Of a stretch of DNA of 64,000 bases, positions 51,428 through 61,130 are shown in pieces (the stretch's first letter is position 1; the number at the start of each line of letters is the position of its first letter). Below the pieces are notes generated by a model. That model saw only the letters and a program-made list of their open reading frames with translations. It had not been told where the DNA came from and did not search any database. Origin of the DNA: an uncultured delta proteobacterium (lineage in GTDB: Bacteria; Desulfobacterota; Desulfuromonadia; Geobacterales; Pseudopelobacteraceae); contig CAVYYZ010000012.1 of the NCBI GenBank assembly GCA_963772835.1, positions 96,001 through 160,000 on the forward strand. The letters are read 5' to 3'. A program made the position numbers and the translations under genes.

Positions 51428-53065
51428 ATGGACATGTCCCCCTATAGGGATCTGTTTGTTTCTGAAGCCCGCACCCATCTCTCCGCGTTCAGTGAGCTGA
51501 TTGTACGGCTGGAAGATTCTCCGAACGATAGTGCCGCAATCGATGAGCTCTTTCGCCACGCTCACTCTTTGAAAGGGATGGCGGCAACCATGGGTTACGA
51601 CAAGGTCGTGTCGGTTGCCCACCTCATGGAAAGCCAGCTGAGCCGTATCCGTAGTGGAGAATTCCTGCTGCTGCCGGCGCTTGCAGACCTGTTGCTTGGG
51701 GGGGGCGATACCCTTACCCGCCTGGTAACAGTGATTGAAGAGGGGGGTGATGCTTCTGAAGATGTCACCGCCCTTATAGAACTACTTGCGGCATATGAAC
51801 CATCCGCCGAAGTGCTCACTCACCTTCATACCGAACCTCTCACCGAAGAGCCTGCAACGCCCATTGAAACTGCGACTTCTGCACCGCATCAATTCAGGCA
51901 GACCGATTCCTTCAAAAGTATCCGCATCAGAACCGAAACGCTCGATCATCTGGTCAACATCACCGGCGAATTAATAACGAACCGCTACCGTCTGGCCGAA
52001 TCCATCCGTCTGGCCGATGCACCCGAATGCCTGGAACCGCTCCATCAGCTTACAACGCTGCTGCGAAATCTGCGTGACGAGGTTTTCAAAGCCCGCATGC
52101 TTCCTTTTGCCTTCATAGCGGAGCGCTTCCCACGAATGGTGCGTGATTTGGCCCGTAAGCAGGGAAAAGAGATTCATTTTGAGCTTGAGGGAAAAGAGAT
52201 CGAACTCGATCGCGGTATTCTGGAAGAAATCACCGAACCTATTATTCATATACTCCGGAACGCAGTCGATCACGGTCTCGAAACTGCCGATGAACGAGTT
52301 ATGGCGGGTAAACCTTTTGGCGGCATGATAACCCTGACGGTGCGCCGGGATAAAGACCATGTTGAAATTATTATTTCCGACAATGGTCGCGGCATGGACA
52401 CCGGTTTGCTGAAGCTGAAAGCGATCGAAAAAGGGCTCATCTCCTCCGAAAATGCCGCTCTAATGACCCCGCAAGAGGCATTGCAGCTGGTCTGTACACC
52501 CGGATTTTCGACCGCCGCAACCGTTACTGATGTTTCCGGACGGGGAGTTGGCATGGATGCCGTTCGCGCGGCGGTACATGCCCTGTCCGGCGCCCTGACC
52601 ATACAGTCCCGCTGCGGGCAGGGGAGTAGTTTTGCCATGCGCTTCCCTATAACTGTTTCAATCATACATGCCATGATTGTCCGGTGTGGGCCGTTTGATA
52701 TCTCGTTCCCACTGAATGCCGTCACGAGGACACTGGAACTGAAATGTTCCGAAATCAGGGAAGAATCGGGCCGGTTAACGGTGATTCTGGAAGAATCCCC
52801 CGTACCGTTACGGAGTCTGCGGCAGGCACTGAATCTGCCGGCAACATCTCAAACGGAAGGCATTCTACTGCCGGTTGTCGTCTGTGACATCGGAGGTACA
52901 CCGGCCGCTTTTAGCGTTGATAGCATCTCCGGCCAGCAGGAAATTTTTGTCCGCCCTCTACGCTCACCTCTTTCACATTTGCGGGGATTTAGCGGAGCTA
53001 CCATAACCGGTGACGGTCGAGTGTTGTTTGTCGCAGATGTAAACGCACTGGCCCAGACCGGATAA
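51428..53065 (+). CDS. cheA: Chemotaxis kinase CheA (HPt, dimerisation, HATPase and CheW domains; no P2)
   Basis: LFRHAHSLKGMA, HILRNAVDHG, DNGRG, SGRGVGMD, GATITGDG. Confidence 0.93.
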   Translation: MDMSPYRDLFVSEARTHLSAFSELIVRLEDSPNDSAAIDELFRHAHSLKGMAATMGYDKVVSVAHLMESQLSRIRSGEFLLLPALADLLLGGGDTLTRLVTVIEEGGDASEDVTALIELLAAYEPSAEVLTHLHTEPLTEEPATPIETATSAPHQFRQTDSFKSIRIRTETLDHLVNITGELITNRYRLAESIRLADAPECLEPLHQLTTLLRNLRDEVFKARMLPFAFIAERFPRMVRDLARKQGKEIHFELEGKEIELDRGILEEITEPIIHILRNAVDHGLETADERVMAGKPFGGMITLTVRRDKDHVEIIISDNGRGMDTGLLKLKAIEKGLISSENAALMTPQEALQLVCTPGFSTAATVTDVSGRGVGMDAVRAAVHALSGALTIQSRCGQGSSFAMRFPITVSIIHAMIVRCGPFDISFPLNAVTRTLELKCSEIREESGRLTVILEESPVPLRSLRQALNLPATSQTEGILLPVVVCDIGGTPAAFSVDSISGQQEIFVRPLRSPLSHLRGFSGATITGDGRVLFVADVNALAQTG

Positions 53066-53120
53066 AGGGATACAATCATAGAAACCCCGGGTTTTTAACT
53101 GACTGACGACGGGAAGGGTA

Positions 53121-53231
53121 GTCACAACTGCCTCCAAAGCATTGAAACGGTTGCGACCAGGTAATCGATCGGGGGACCGGCATCCCCGAGGATAGTCACA
53201 ACTGCCTCCAAAGCATTGAAACGGTTGCGAC
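53121..53231. CRISPR. CRISPR-like mini-array: two identical 37-bp repeats and one 37-bp spacer, no cas gene in the window
   Basis: GTCACAACTGCCTCCAAAGCATTGAAACGGTTGCGAC at 53121-53157 and 53195-53231; spacer CAGGTAATCGATCGGGGGACCGGCATCCCCGAGGATA at 53158-53194. Confidence 0.65.
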
Positions 53232-53312
53232 TGACGACCATATATGTCAGAATCAACAAACTGTGCAACGGGAGTACTGTTACCGGGCCCATAATCATGA
53301 GAGGAGAACTCT

Positions 53313-54209
53313 ATGAAACACTTATATGCATTATTTATCGGCCTGCTCTGTTCATGCATGGGCTCGGCATCGTATGCGGCACAGCAGGTAAACGTGGGAC
53401 TTAACGACGTAATCGCAACAGTTGAAAAATCGTTCAAAGCCGGTAGCAGCGGGCAGGCTCCTATCAGCGACTTCACGGCAGATTTCTTACAGAACACGCA
53501 AATAATAAAAGATGGCCGTGATATGCGCGCCGACGGCGTGGTTTCGGTCAAGTTGGCCACAGCATCCTCACCGCTGATGTACCTTTTTCAGTATTTTCTC
53601 CCCTACAAACAGGAAATCGTCACTGACGGCAAATCTCTCTGGATCTATCACCCCGAAAACCGGGAAGTCATCCTGAGTGACGTCAGCACCGCCTTCACAC
53701 GCCCCGGCTTTAATCCTGACCGTGATCGGGCGGTGAATTTTCTGCAAGGGCTTGGGCGTATTTCAAATGATTTTCAGATCAATTTCGCCAGCGGCAGGAA
53801 CGACGCCTCCGGCAATTACGTGCTGGAGTTACATCCGCGGCGTGCCATGCTCAACATAAAGCGTATGCTGCTTGTAATCAGTCGTGAAAGCGTCCTTTCA
53901 TACGTGACCGGGACGACTCCTCTCACAAGCGGTCCGGCGGCGGTTTCACCCGGTTCGCGCACCGTTCCACCCTCGAACAGGACACCTTTTGGCACCCCGA
54001 CACCATTCGCAGGGATGCCGGCGTTTGGTGGTACCTCAGACCCGTTCCCGCTCCTGTCATCAAAAGTGGAAGACCAGGAGGGAAACAGCACGACGATGGA
54101 GTTCGCCAACGTGAAAATCAATAACCAACTTGCCGATTCAATCTTCAATTTCCAGATTCCGCCCGGTGTCCAGGTTGTTACACCCACCGGACGTAATCAG
54201 CCTCGCTGA
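53313..54209 (+). CDS. LolA-like periplasmic protein with a Pro/Gly/Thr-rich insertion
   Basis: Signal peptide, F.ADF.Q, QEIVTDGK.LWIY.PEN.EV, F.F.IPPGV.V. Confidence 0.8.
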   Translation: MKHLYALFIGLLCSCMGSASYAAQQVNVGLNDVIATVEKSFKAGSSGQAPISDFTADFLQNTQIIKDGRDMRADGVVSVKLATASSPLMYLFQYFLPYKQEIVTDGKSLWIYHPENREVILSDVSTAFTRPGFNPDRDRAVNFLQGLGRISNDFQINFASGRNDASGNYVLELHPRRAMLNIKRMLLVISRESVLSYVTGTTPLTSGPAAVSPGSRTVPPSNRTPFGTPTPFAGMPAFGGTSDPFPLLSSKVEDQEGNSTTMEFANVKINNQLADSIFNFQIPPGVQVVTPTGRNQPR

Positions 54210-54222
54210 GAAAGGCGGTACC

Positions 54223-54933
54223 ATGTTGAAAATATGTTCCCTGTTCCTGCTTCTATCGCTTTATGCGCTCCCGCTGTCAGCAGCCTCGACACCTGCAACT
54301 CTCAAGGATGTTGTTTCCGCTCTTGAAAAAGGATATGCCGGGCTGCAGGATGTTCAGGCCGATTTTTCCCAAAAAACGACTATATCCGCAGTCAACCGTG
54401 AGCAGAAAGGGAGCGGCGAAGTAATGCTAAAGCGCCCTGCATCTGCAACCGCCATGTTCCGTTTTAATTATTTCAAACCGAAACAGCAGATCATCTCCAA
54501 CGGCAAGCAGGTATGGTTTTATACACCGGAAACCAGACAGGTACTGATCAACAGTGTTGCCGCAATGTTTGCGGGGGGGAATTCAATCGCCCTGTCATAT
54601 CTGACCGGCCTCGGCCACGTCTCACGTGACTTTGACATCACCTTTGCAGCTGAACCGCAGGATAAAAACGGTAATTACCATCTTGAACTGACTCCTAAAC
54701 ATGCGAGCCCGGTTCTGACGAGACTGCAACTGACGATTTCTTCTAAAGCCGTTGAACAGCTGCAGGCGTCCGGAGAAGTCAAAAATATTTTCCCGATCGT
54801 TTCATCCATTGTCCATGATGCAGGCGGCAACAGCACACAAATTGACTACAGCCGGGCGCGGGTCAATAAAGGGCTCGACAATGGGAAATTCAACTTCAAA
54901 ATCCCGGACGGGGTTGAGGTAATAAAACTGTAG
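54223..54933 (+). CDS. LolA family lipoprotein carrier
   Basis: ADFSQ, FRF.Y.KP.QQIISNGKQVWFY.PE..QV, F.FKIPDGVEV. Confidence 0.85.
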   Translation: MLKICSLFLLLSLYALPLSAASTPATLKDVVSALEKGYAGLQDVQADFSQKTTISAVNREQKGSGEVMLKRPASATAMFRFNYFKPKQQIISNGKQVWFYTPETRQVLINSVAAMFAGGNSIALSYLTGLGHVSRDFDITFAAEPQDKNGNYHLELTPKHASPVLTRLQLTISSKAVEQLQASGEVKNIFPIVSSIVHDAGGNSTQIDYSRARVNKGLDNGKFNFKIPDGVEVIKL

Positions 54934-54944
54934 GCAAAGGCTTC

Positions 54945-55091
54945 ACCACGAAGGCACGAAGAACTTCAAAAGCGAAAGCTCGTAGGAAAACATGAACAGG
55001 CGCTTATCGCGTTTGTTTTATTCATTTTTTTGTTACGTCGCTCTGTACTTTAGCTGTCTTTTCTCTTCGTTTTTCTTCGTGTCTTCGTGGT
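54945..55091. repeat. Intergenic inverted-repeat element (REP/MITE-like), related to 30153-30280
   Basis: ACCACGAAGGCACGAAGAA vs reverse complement of right arm ACCACGAAGACACGAAGAA (18/19). Confidence 0.7.
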
Positions 55092-55112
55092 AAAAAAAAT
55101 CGGAGGGTAATT

Positions 55113-55598
55113 ATGCCGTCATTTGACATCGTATCAAAGGTAGACATGCAGGAGGTCGATAATGCCGTGAATCAAGCAATCAAAGAGATCGGCCAGCGCT
55201 ACGACTTCAAAGGCTCCAAATGCCAGATCACCCCTGAAAAGGACTCGGTCAAGATACTCGCGGACGATGACTACAAGCTGAAGGCAGTTGTGGATGTACT
55301 GCAGTCCAAATTCCTGAAGCGAAATATTTCGATCAAGGCATTGCAGTACGGCAAGGTTGAGCAGGCTTCGGGAGGTATGGTGCGTCAGATTATCACCGTC
55401 CAGCAGGGAATATCCAAGGAAAAGGCCAAAGACATCACCAATGCCATAAAAGAAAGCAAACTCAAGGTACAGGCTCAGATCCAGGATGATCAGGTACGGG
55501 TGATCGGTAAGAATCGGGACGACCTCCAGGACGCGATCCAGCTTTTAAAGGGTAAAGATATTGATGTAGAGATGCAGTTCACGAATTTCAGAGAGTAG
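55113..55598 (+). CDS. yajQ: YajQ family nucleotide-binding protein
   Basis: [38 protein letters not shown]. Confidence 0.95.
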   Translation: MPSFDIVSKVDMQEVDNAVNQAIKEIGQRYDFKGSKCQITPEKDSVKILADDDYKLKAVVDVLQSKFLKRNISIKALQYGKVEQASGGMVRQIITVQQGISKEKAKDITNAIKESKLKVQAQIQDDQVRVIGKNRDDLQDAIQLLKGKDIDVEMQFTNFRE

Positions 55599-55648
55599 TA
55601 CGTATACGTAAGTTATCCTGTTTATAAAGACGAGGAGCGAGGGGAATT

Positions 55649-56995
55649 TTGAGTACAATATCTAGACAGAAAGTAAGCATGGTCAGCCTCGGCTGCCCCA
55701 AAAACCTGGTAGATGCAGAAGTCATGCTGGGGGTGCTCTCTAAGCAGGACTACGAAATCACCATGAACGAGAAGGATGCCGATGTCATTATTGTCAATAC
55801 CTGCTCATTCATAAAGGAAGCCAAGCAGGAAAGTATCGACGCAATCCTTGATCTGGCGGAACGGAAGCACGATGGGCGCTGCCACACTCTGATCGTATCC
55901 GGCTGCCTTCCTCAGCGCTATCAGGAGGAGCTGGCGAAAGAACTGCCGGAGGTCGATATTTTCATCGGTACCGGCGACTACCCCCGTATCGCCGAGATTC
56001 TGGCCGAAAAGAGCGGCACTGAAGGACAGTTGCGCTATATCGGTGATCCCGATTTCATTTATGATGAAACTTTGCCGCGATTGAACTCCTCCCCCGCCTG
56101 GTTTTCGTATCTCAAGATCGGTGAGGGATGCTCCAACTGCTGTTCATACTGCATCATCCCTAAACTGAGAGGGGCCTACCGCTCACGTCCAATCGACGCT
56201 TTGGTGGCTGAGGCCGAGAGGCTGGTAGCCCGGGGAGTCAAGGAGATCAACATCATTTCCCAGGACATTACCCGTTACGGCAGTGACATGGATGACGGAA
56301 CCACGCTTGAAGCACTTGTCCAGCGGCTGGCTGCGATTGAGGGTCTGCGTTGGATACGGCTGCTCTACGCGTATCCGGACGGGATAACCGACAGCCTTAT
56401 TGCTTTGATACGGGATGAGCCAAAGGTTTGCAAGTACCTGGATATTCCTATCCAGCACATTTCCGATCCGGTGTTGAAAGCAATGAAACGCCGGAGTTCT
56501 GAGCAGCAGATTCGTGACCTGATCGCCAAGCTGCGCAGTGAAATTCCCGGGATCGCACTGCGCACATCGCTGATCGTGGGCTTTCCGGGTGAGACTCTCG
56601 AAGACTTTACGACCCTGACTCATTTTGTTGAGCAGACCCGCTTTGACCGTCTGGGGGTTTTCTGCTATTCCAGAGAAGAAGGCACGCCCGCGGCAGAGAT
56701 GCCTGAACAGGTATCAGAGCGTGTCAAACGTGAACGGTACCGCAAGCTGATGCGCGCCCAGGCGCGGCTTTCCTTCCGTCACAACCGCACACTGATCGGA
56801 ACGACCGAACAGGTTATTGTAGAGGGGTACAGCGAAGAGACGGAACTGCTGCTCAAAGGGCGTTCATCCCGACAGGCTCCTGACATCGACGGTCAGGTGT
56901 ATATTACCTCCGGGACCGCTGATATCGGCACCATTATCACGCTCAAAATTACCGACTCATCAGATTATGACCTGATCGGCGAAATGGTGGAATAG
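55649..56995 (+). CDS. rimO: Ribosomal protein S12 methylthiotransferase
   Basis: [23 protein letters not shown]...CSYC.IP, APDIDG; TTG start. Confidence 0.95.
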   Translation: MSTISRQKVSMVSLGCPKNLVDAEVMLGVLSKQDYEITMNEKDADVIIVNTCSFIKEAKQESIDAILDLAERKHDGRCHTLIVSGCLPQRYQEELAKELPEVDIFIGTGDYPRIAEILAEKSGTEGQLRYIGDPDFIYDETLPRLNSSPAWFSYLKIGEGCSNCCSYCIIPKLRGAYRSRPIDALVAEAERLVARGVKEINIISQDITRYGSDMDDGTTLEALVQRLAAIEGLRWIRLLYAYPDGITDSLIALIRDEPKVCKYLDIPIQHISDPVLKAMKRRSSEQQIRDLIAKLRSEIPGIALRTSLIVGFPGETLEDFTTLTHFVEQTRFDRLGVFCYSREEGTPAAEMPEQVSERVKRERYRKLMRAQARLSFRHNRTLIGTTEQVIVEGYSEETELLLKGRSSRQAPDIDGQVYITSGTADIGTIITLKITDSSDYDLIGEMVE

Positions 56996-57005
56996 CCGGG
57001 CTCCC

Positions 57006-58418
57006 ATGAAACTAAACGCCAAACTGATCATCATCATGCTCTCGCTGCTGGTACTTGCCCTGCTGACACTCTTCATCCTCAACCAGTTTGCCCAGACCGA
57101 CCTGGTGAACGAAATTCAGGATAGCTCTCAGGAGATCTCGAAGGCGATTCAGATGAGTATCGAGGATCTCACCTCAGAAGCCGAAACCTCCCGCCTGACA
57201 GATTATTTATCAAAGGCCCGCGAAAAGGGTATCAACGAGATAAACATCATTAATACGGAAGGGGAGATTATCGACTCTTCCGATCCTGACAAGATCGGCA
57301 AGAAACGCGAACTGAAAAAACTGGAGAAGGGTGTCCATGCCGTACAGCGACCGGTTGGCGGTGCTATGCTCTCTCAGAAGCCGTATGAAGTTGTGGTCCC
57401 GGTTATTGTCGGAGATGAGCAGTTGGGGTATGTCCAGATAAATATGCTCTTGGACAATATTCGCGACATACAACGGGCCAATTTTGTCCGCCGCCTGTTC
57501 GCAACCGGCATGGTTTTCACCGTCGGCATGGCACTGATCATCTTTCTCGCCCGCCGCTACACAACCCCTATCAAAAACCTGGTGGAGGATTTTAATCGGG
57601 TCTCGGCAGGCGACCTGTCAGTGACAATTCCGGTGGAAAGTAACGACGAAATCGGAGAGATGGCGGAAGGCTTCAACAACATGGTTGAAAAATTGCGTGA
57701 GCGGGAAGCGCTGGAAAAACGCCTCTATGAGGCCGAACACCTCTCACGTGTCGGGCAACTTGCGGCAGGTATTGCCCATGAGATTCGTAATCCTCTTAAT
57801 TATATCAGTCTGGCGATTGATCACCTCAAAACCGAGATGCTCCCCTGCTGTGGTGATAAATGCTCCGAACTGGAGGAATTGACTGATAAAATAAAGGAAG
57901 AGGTGCGCCGCGCAAATTATATGGTGGTCAACTTCATGAACTATGGCCGGCCTCTTAAGTTGCGCCGGACGGATGTCGTCTATCGTGAGTTGCTGGCCAA
58001 GGTTCTTCCGGTTTTGCAGGATCGGTTAACGGAACAACGGGTAATCGTCGACCAGCTGATTCCGTCTGATCTTCCGCCACTCTGGATTGATGGCGAGCTC
58101 TTTCGGAACTGCATCCTTAACTTTGTTACAAACGCTTCCCAGGCGATGCCGGACGGCGGCACGATAACTATCGGGGCGCAGCGGGAAGGTGATCAGGTGA
58201 AGCTTACCTTCAGTGACCAGGGGTGTGGTATCTATCCTGATGATCTCGGGAAAATATTTCAGCCCTATTTCACAACGAAAGATGTCGGTATCGGCCTGGG
58301 ACTGGCTATTACCGAACGAATCATCAAGGAGCATGGCGGCAGCATAGAGGTTGAAAGCACAGTTGGCTGTGGAACGACCATTACAGTTTGGCTGCCGCAG
58401 CAGCCCGCGGAATCCTGA
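57006..58418 (+). CDS. HAMP-containing sensor histidine kinase
   Basis: 2 TMs, DEIG.MA..FN.M, AHEIRNPL, DQGCG, FTTK..GIGLGL. Confidence 0.93.
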   Translation: MKLNAKLIIIMLSLLVLALLTLFILNQFAQTDLVNEIQDSSQEISKAIQMSIEDLTSEAETSRLTDYLSKAREKGINEINIINTEGEIIDSSDPDKIGKKRELKKLEKGVHAVQRPVGGAMLSQKPYEVVVPVIVGDEQLGYVQINMLLDNIRDIQRANFVRRLFATGMVFTVGMALIIFLARRYTTPIKNLVEDFNRVSAGDLSVTIPVESNDEIGEMAEGFNNMVEKLREREALEKRLYEAEHLSRVGQLAAGIAHEIRNPLNYISLAIDHLKTEMLPCCGDKCSELEELTDKIKEEVRRANYMVVNFMNYGRPLKLRRTDVVYRELLAKVLPVLQDRLTEQRVIVDQLIPSDLPPLWIDGELFRNCILNFVTNASQAMPDGGTITIGAQREGDQVKLTFSDQGCGIYPDDLGKIFQPYFTTKDVGIGLGLAITERIIKEHGGSIEVESTVGCGTTITVWLPQQPAES

Positions 58419-58424
58419 GGAACT

Positions 58425-59822
58425 ATGAAAAACACCGGCAGCATACTGATCGTTGATGATGAAAAGGGGCAGCGGGATATTCTCAGCCTGATCCTGAAAA
58501 AAGAGAGCTACGATGTTGTAGATGTGCCAGGCGTGCGCGAAGCACTGGAACAGCTTGAAAAGCGCGAGTTTGACCTGATCATGACAGACCTCAAGATGCA
58601 GGGGCAGAGCGGACTTGATCTGCTCGAAAAAGTGCTGACAGATGACCCGCAACAGTGCATCATCATGATGACAGCCCACGGTTCGGTTGATTCGGCCGTT
58701 GAAGCCATGCGCAAGGGAGCCTTCGATTATCTTGAAAAACCGCTGGAGCGGGATAACCTGGTGTTGACCCTGCTGCGAGCATTCGAGCGCATCTGCCTCC
58801 TGCGCGAAAACCGGGTACTGCAGAAGCGTATAGAATCGATCGCTACGATCCCCAATATGCAGGGGGAACACCCGAAAATGAAAGAGGTTTTCCGGGTCGT
58901 TGCCAAAATTTCCCATTCAAATTCTACCGTCCTGATCGTCGGTGAATCAGGGACCGGCAAGGAGTTGATAGCCCGGGCGATTCACGATGGAAGTCCACGC
59001 CGCGACATGCCGTTTATCGCTATCAACTGCGCCGCAATTCCTGACACACTGATCGAAAGCGAACTGTTCGGCCACGAAAAAGGGAGTTTTACCGGAGCAA
59101 ATGCCCGCGAAATCGGCATCTTTGAAGCGGCTAACGGCGGCACGGTGTTCCTGGACGAAATCGGGGAGATGAACGTATCAATGCAGGCAAAGCTTCTGCG
59201 GGCCATCCAGGAAAAAGAGGTCCGCAGGGTTGGCGGAAAGATTAATATCGGGCTTGATGTCCGTCTGGTATCGGCAACCAACAAAGAGCTTGAGCAGGAG
59301 ATTAAAAAAGGTACTTTTCGTGAGGATCTGTTCTATCGACTGAACGTTATCCGCGTCAATCTCCCGCCTCTCCGCGAGAGGGGAAACGACATCAAAACCC
59401 TGGCAGAATTCTTCCTTGAAAAGTACAGTAAGGCTGCCGGAATTTCGATGGACGGCATCTCGAAACAGGCATTTAAACTGTTGATGAACTACAGCTGGCC
59501 CGGCAATGTCCGTCAACTTGAGTCGGTAATCGAACGTTCTGTATTGATGGCAGAAAGCAACTATATCGAGCCGGACGATCTACCAACCGAGCTCGCCGCC
59601 GGCTGTTCTTTGACCGGCGGTGTGAATTTCGACCTTCCGCCGGAGGGGATCGATTTTGAGGCGCTTGAAAAAGGCCTTATAATAAAAGCAATGGAACGGG
59701 CAGAATGGGTCATCGGTAAAGCGGCTACTCTTCTGGGGATGAGCTACAAGACCCTGCAATATCGTCTTGACAAGTTTGAGATTGTACGCCCTGATAAACG
59801 ATCAAACAGCAGGTATATCTGA
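58425..59822 (+). CDS. Sigma54-dependent NtrC/Fis-family response regulator
   Basis: Receiver domain, GESGTGKE, ESELFGHEKGSFTGA, FREDLFYRL, C-terminal HTH. Confidence 0.93.
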   Translation: MKNTGSILIVDDEKGQRDILSLILKKESYDVVDVPGVREALEQLEKREFDLIMTDLKMQGQSGLDLLEKVLTDDPQQCIIMMTAHGSVDSAVEAMRKGAFDYLEKPLERDNLVLTLLRAFERICLLRENRVLQKRIESIATIPNMQGEHPKMKEVFRVVAKISHSNSTVLIVGESGTGKELIARAIHDGSPRRDMPFIAINCAAIPDTLIESELFGHEKGSFTGANAREIGIFEAANGGTVFLDEIGEMNVSMQAKLLRAIQEKEVRRVGGKINIGLDVRLVSATNKELEQEIKKGTFREDLFYRLNVIRVNLPPLRERGNDIKTLAEFFLEKYSKAAGISMDGISKQAFKLLMNYSWPGNVRQLESVIERSVLMAESNYIEPDDLPTELAAGCSLTGGVNFDLPPEGIDFEALEKGLIIKAMERAEWVIGKAATLLGMSYKTLQYRLDKFEIVRPDKRSNSRYI

Positions 59823-59851
59823 TACTGCAGCTGAAGCATGGAGCAGACATA

Positions 59852-61108
59852 ATGAATATTACAGAAAAGGTCATAAAAATTTCACAGGATGCCCGTCAGG
59901 CATCGCTGGATATGGCACGCCTGTCAACAACCTCAAAAAACACCATGTTACTGAGAATGGCGGATGCACTTGAACGCGCAGCTGCGGAACTCGTTGCGGA
60001 AAATAAAAAGGACCTCGCTGTTGGACAGCAGAAGGGACTTTCAGCAGCCATGCTGGATCGACTGCTGCTTGATGATGGTCGCATCCGCGGGATCGCCGCT
60101 GCCCTGCGTGAGATTGCTGCGCTACCTGATCCCGTCGGTGAAGTCACAAAAATGTGGAAGCGCCCCAATGAGTTGATGGTCGGCAAGATGCGTATTCCGC
60201 TCGGCACAATAGGAATCATCTATGAATCACGGCCTAACGTGACCGCAGATGCCGCCGCTCTCTGCCTTAAGGCCGGAAATGCAGTGATCCTGCGGGGAGG
60301 TTCAGAAGCGATCAATTCCAATCTGGCCATTGCTGCGGTTCTGCAGGGCGTACTGAAAGAAATGAATATCCCTGAAGCGGCCCTGTCACTTATTCCGTTC
60401 ACCGAGCGCGAGGGGGTGCTGGAGATGCTCAGGCAGGAAGAGTCAATCGATCTCATCATCCCGCGCGGCGGAGAAAGCCTTATCCGGTTTGTGGTTGAAA
60501 ACTCTCGAATTCCGGTCATAAAGCATTACAAGGGAGTCTGCCACATCTTTGTTGATACGTCGGCCGACTTCGATATGGCGGAGCAGATAATTATCAACAG
60601 CAAGACCCAGCGCCCCGGCGTATGTAATGCGCTTGAAACGCTTTTGATTCATCGCGATGTGGCGGCTGAATTCATACCGAAAATTGCCGCCACTCTCTCT
60701 GCATTGGGTGTAGAACTGCGCGGTGATGCCGCATTCTGCACCTATTCACCGACCTCAACTCCGGCAACGGAAGATGATTGGTATACCGAATATCTGGAAT
60801 TGATCCTGGCCTGCCGGGTGGTCGATGACCTTGATGCCGCTATCGCCCACATTAACCGCTACTGTTCTCTACACACCGAGTCGATTATTACCAGTGACTA
60901 CAGCCGCGCCCAGCGTTTCATTCGCGAAGTCAATTCTTCCTGCGTGATGGTCAACGCTTCAACCCGTTTTGCCGATGGCGGCCAACTCGGCCTGGGGGCT
61001 GAAATCGGCATCTCAACCACCAAGCTGCACTCGTTCGGACCGATGGGTCTGGAGGATTTGACCACTACCAAGTTCATTGTCTATGGTGACGGCCAGATCC
61101 GGGAGTAA
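59852..61108 (+). CDS. proA: Glutamate-5-semialdehyde dehydrogenase
   Basis: IYESRPNVT, GVCH, CNALETLL, NASTRFADG, GISTTKLH..GPMGL. Confidence 0.96.
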   Translation: MNITEKVIKISQDARQASLDMARLSTTSKNTMLLRMADALERAAAELVAENKKDLAVGQQKGLSAAMLDRLLLDDGRIRGIAAALREIAALPDPVGEVTKMWKRPNELMVGKMRIPLGTIGIIYESRPNVTADAAALCLKAGNAVILRGGSEAINSNLAIAAVLQGVLKEMNIPEAALSLIPFTEREGVLEMLRQEESIDLIIPRGGESLIRFVVENSRIPVIKHYKGVCHIFVDTSADFDMAEQIIINSKTQRPGVCNALETLLIHRDVAAEFIPKIAATLSALGVELRGDAAFCTYSPTSTPATEDDWYTEYLELILACRVVDDLDAAIAHINRYCSLHTESIITSDYSRAQRFIREVNSSCVMVNASTRFADGGQLGLGAEIGISTTKLHSFGPMGLEDLTTTKFIVYGDGQIRE

Positions 61109-61130
61109 TTTCACAGACAAGGAGCAGGTT

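Noticed and set aside
58425..59822. GSFTGA instead of GAFTGA as a sign of a sigma54-independent activator
   Set aside because: GSFTGA is a common functional variant, and the rest of the AAA+ domain is intact.
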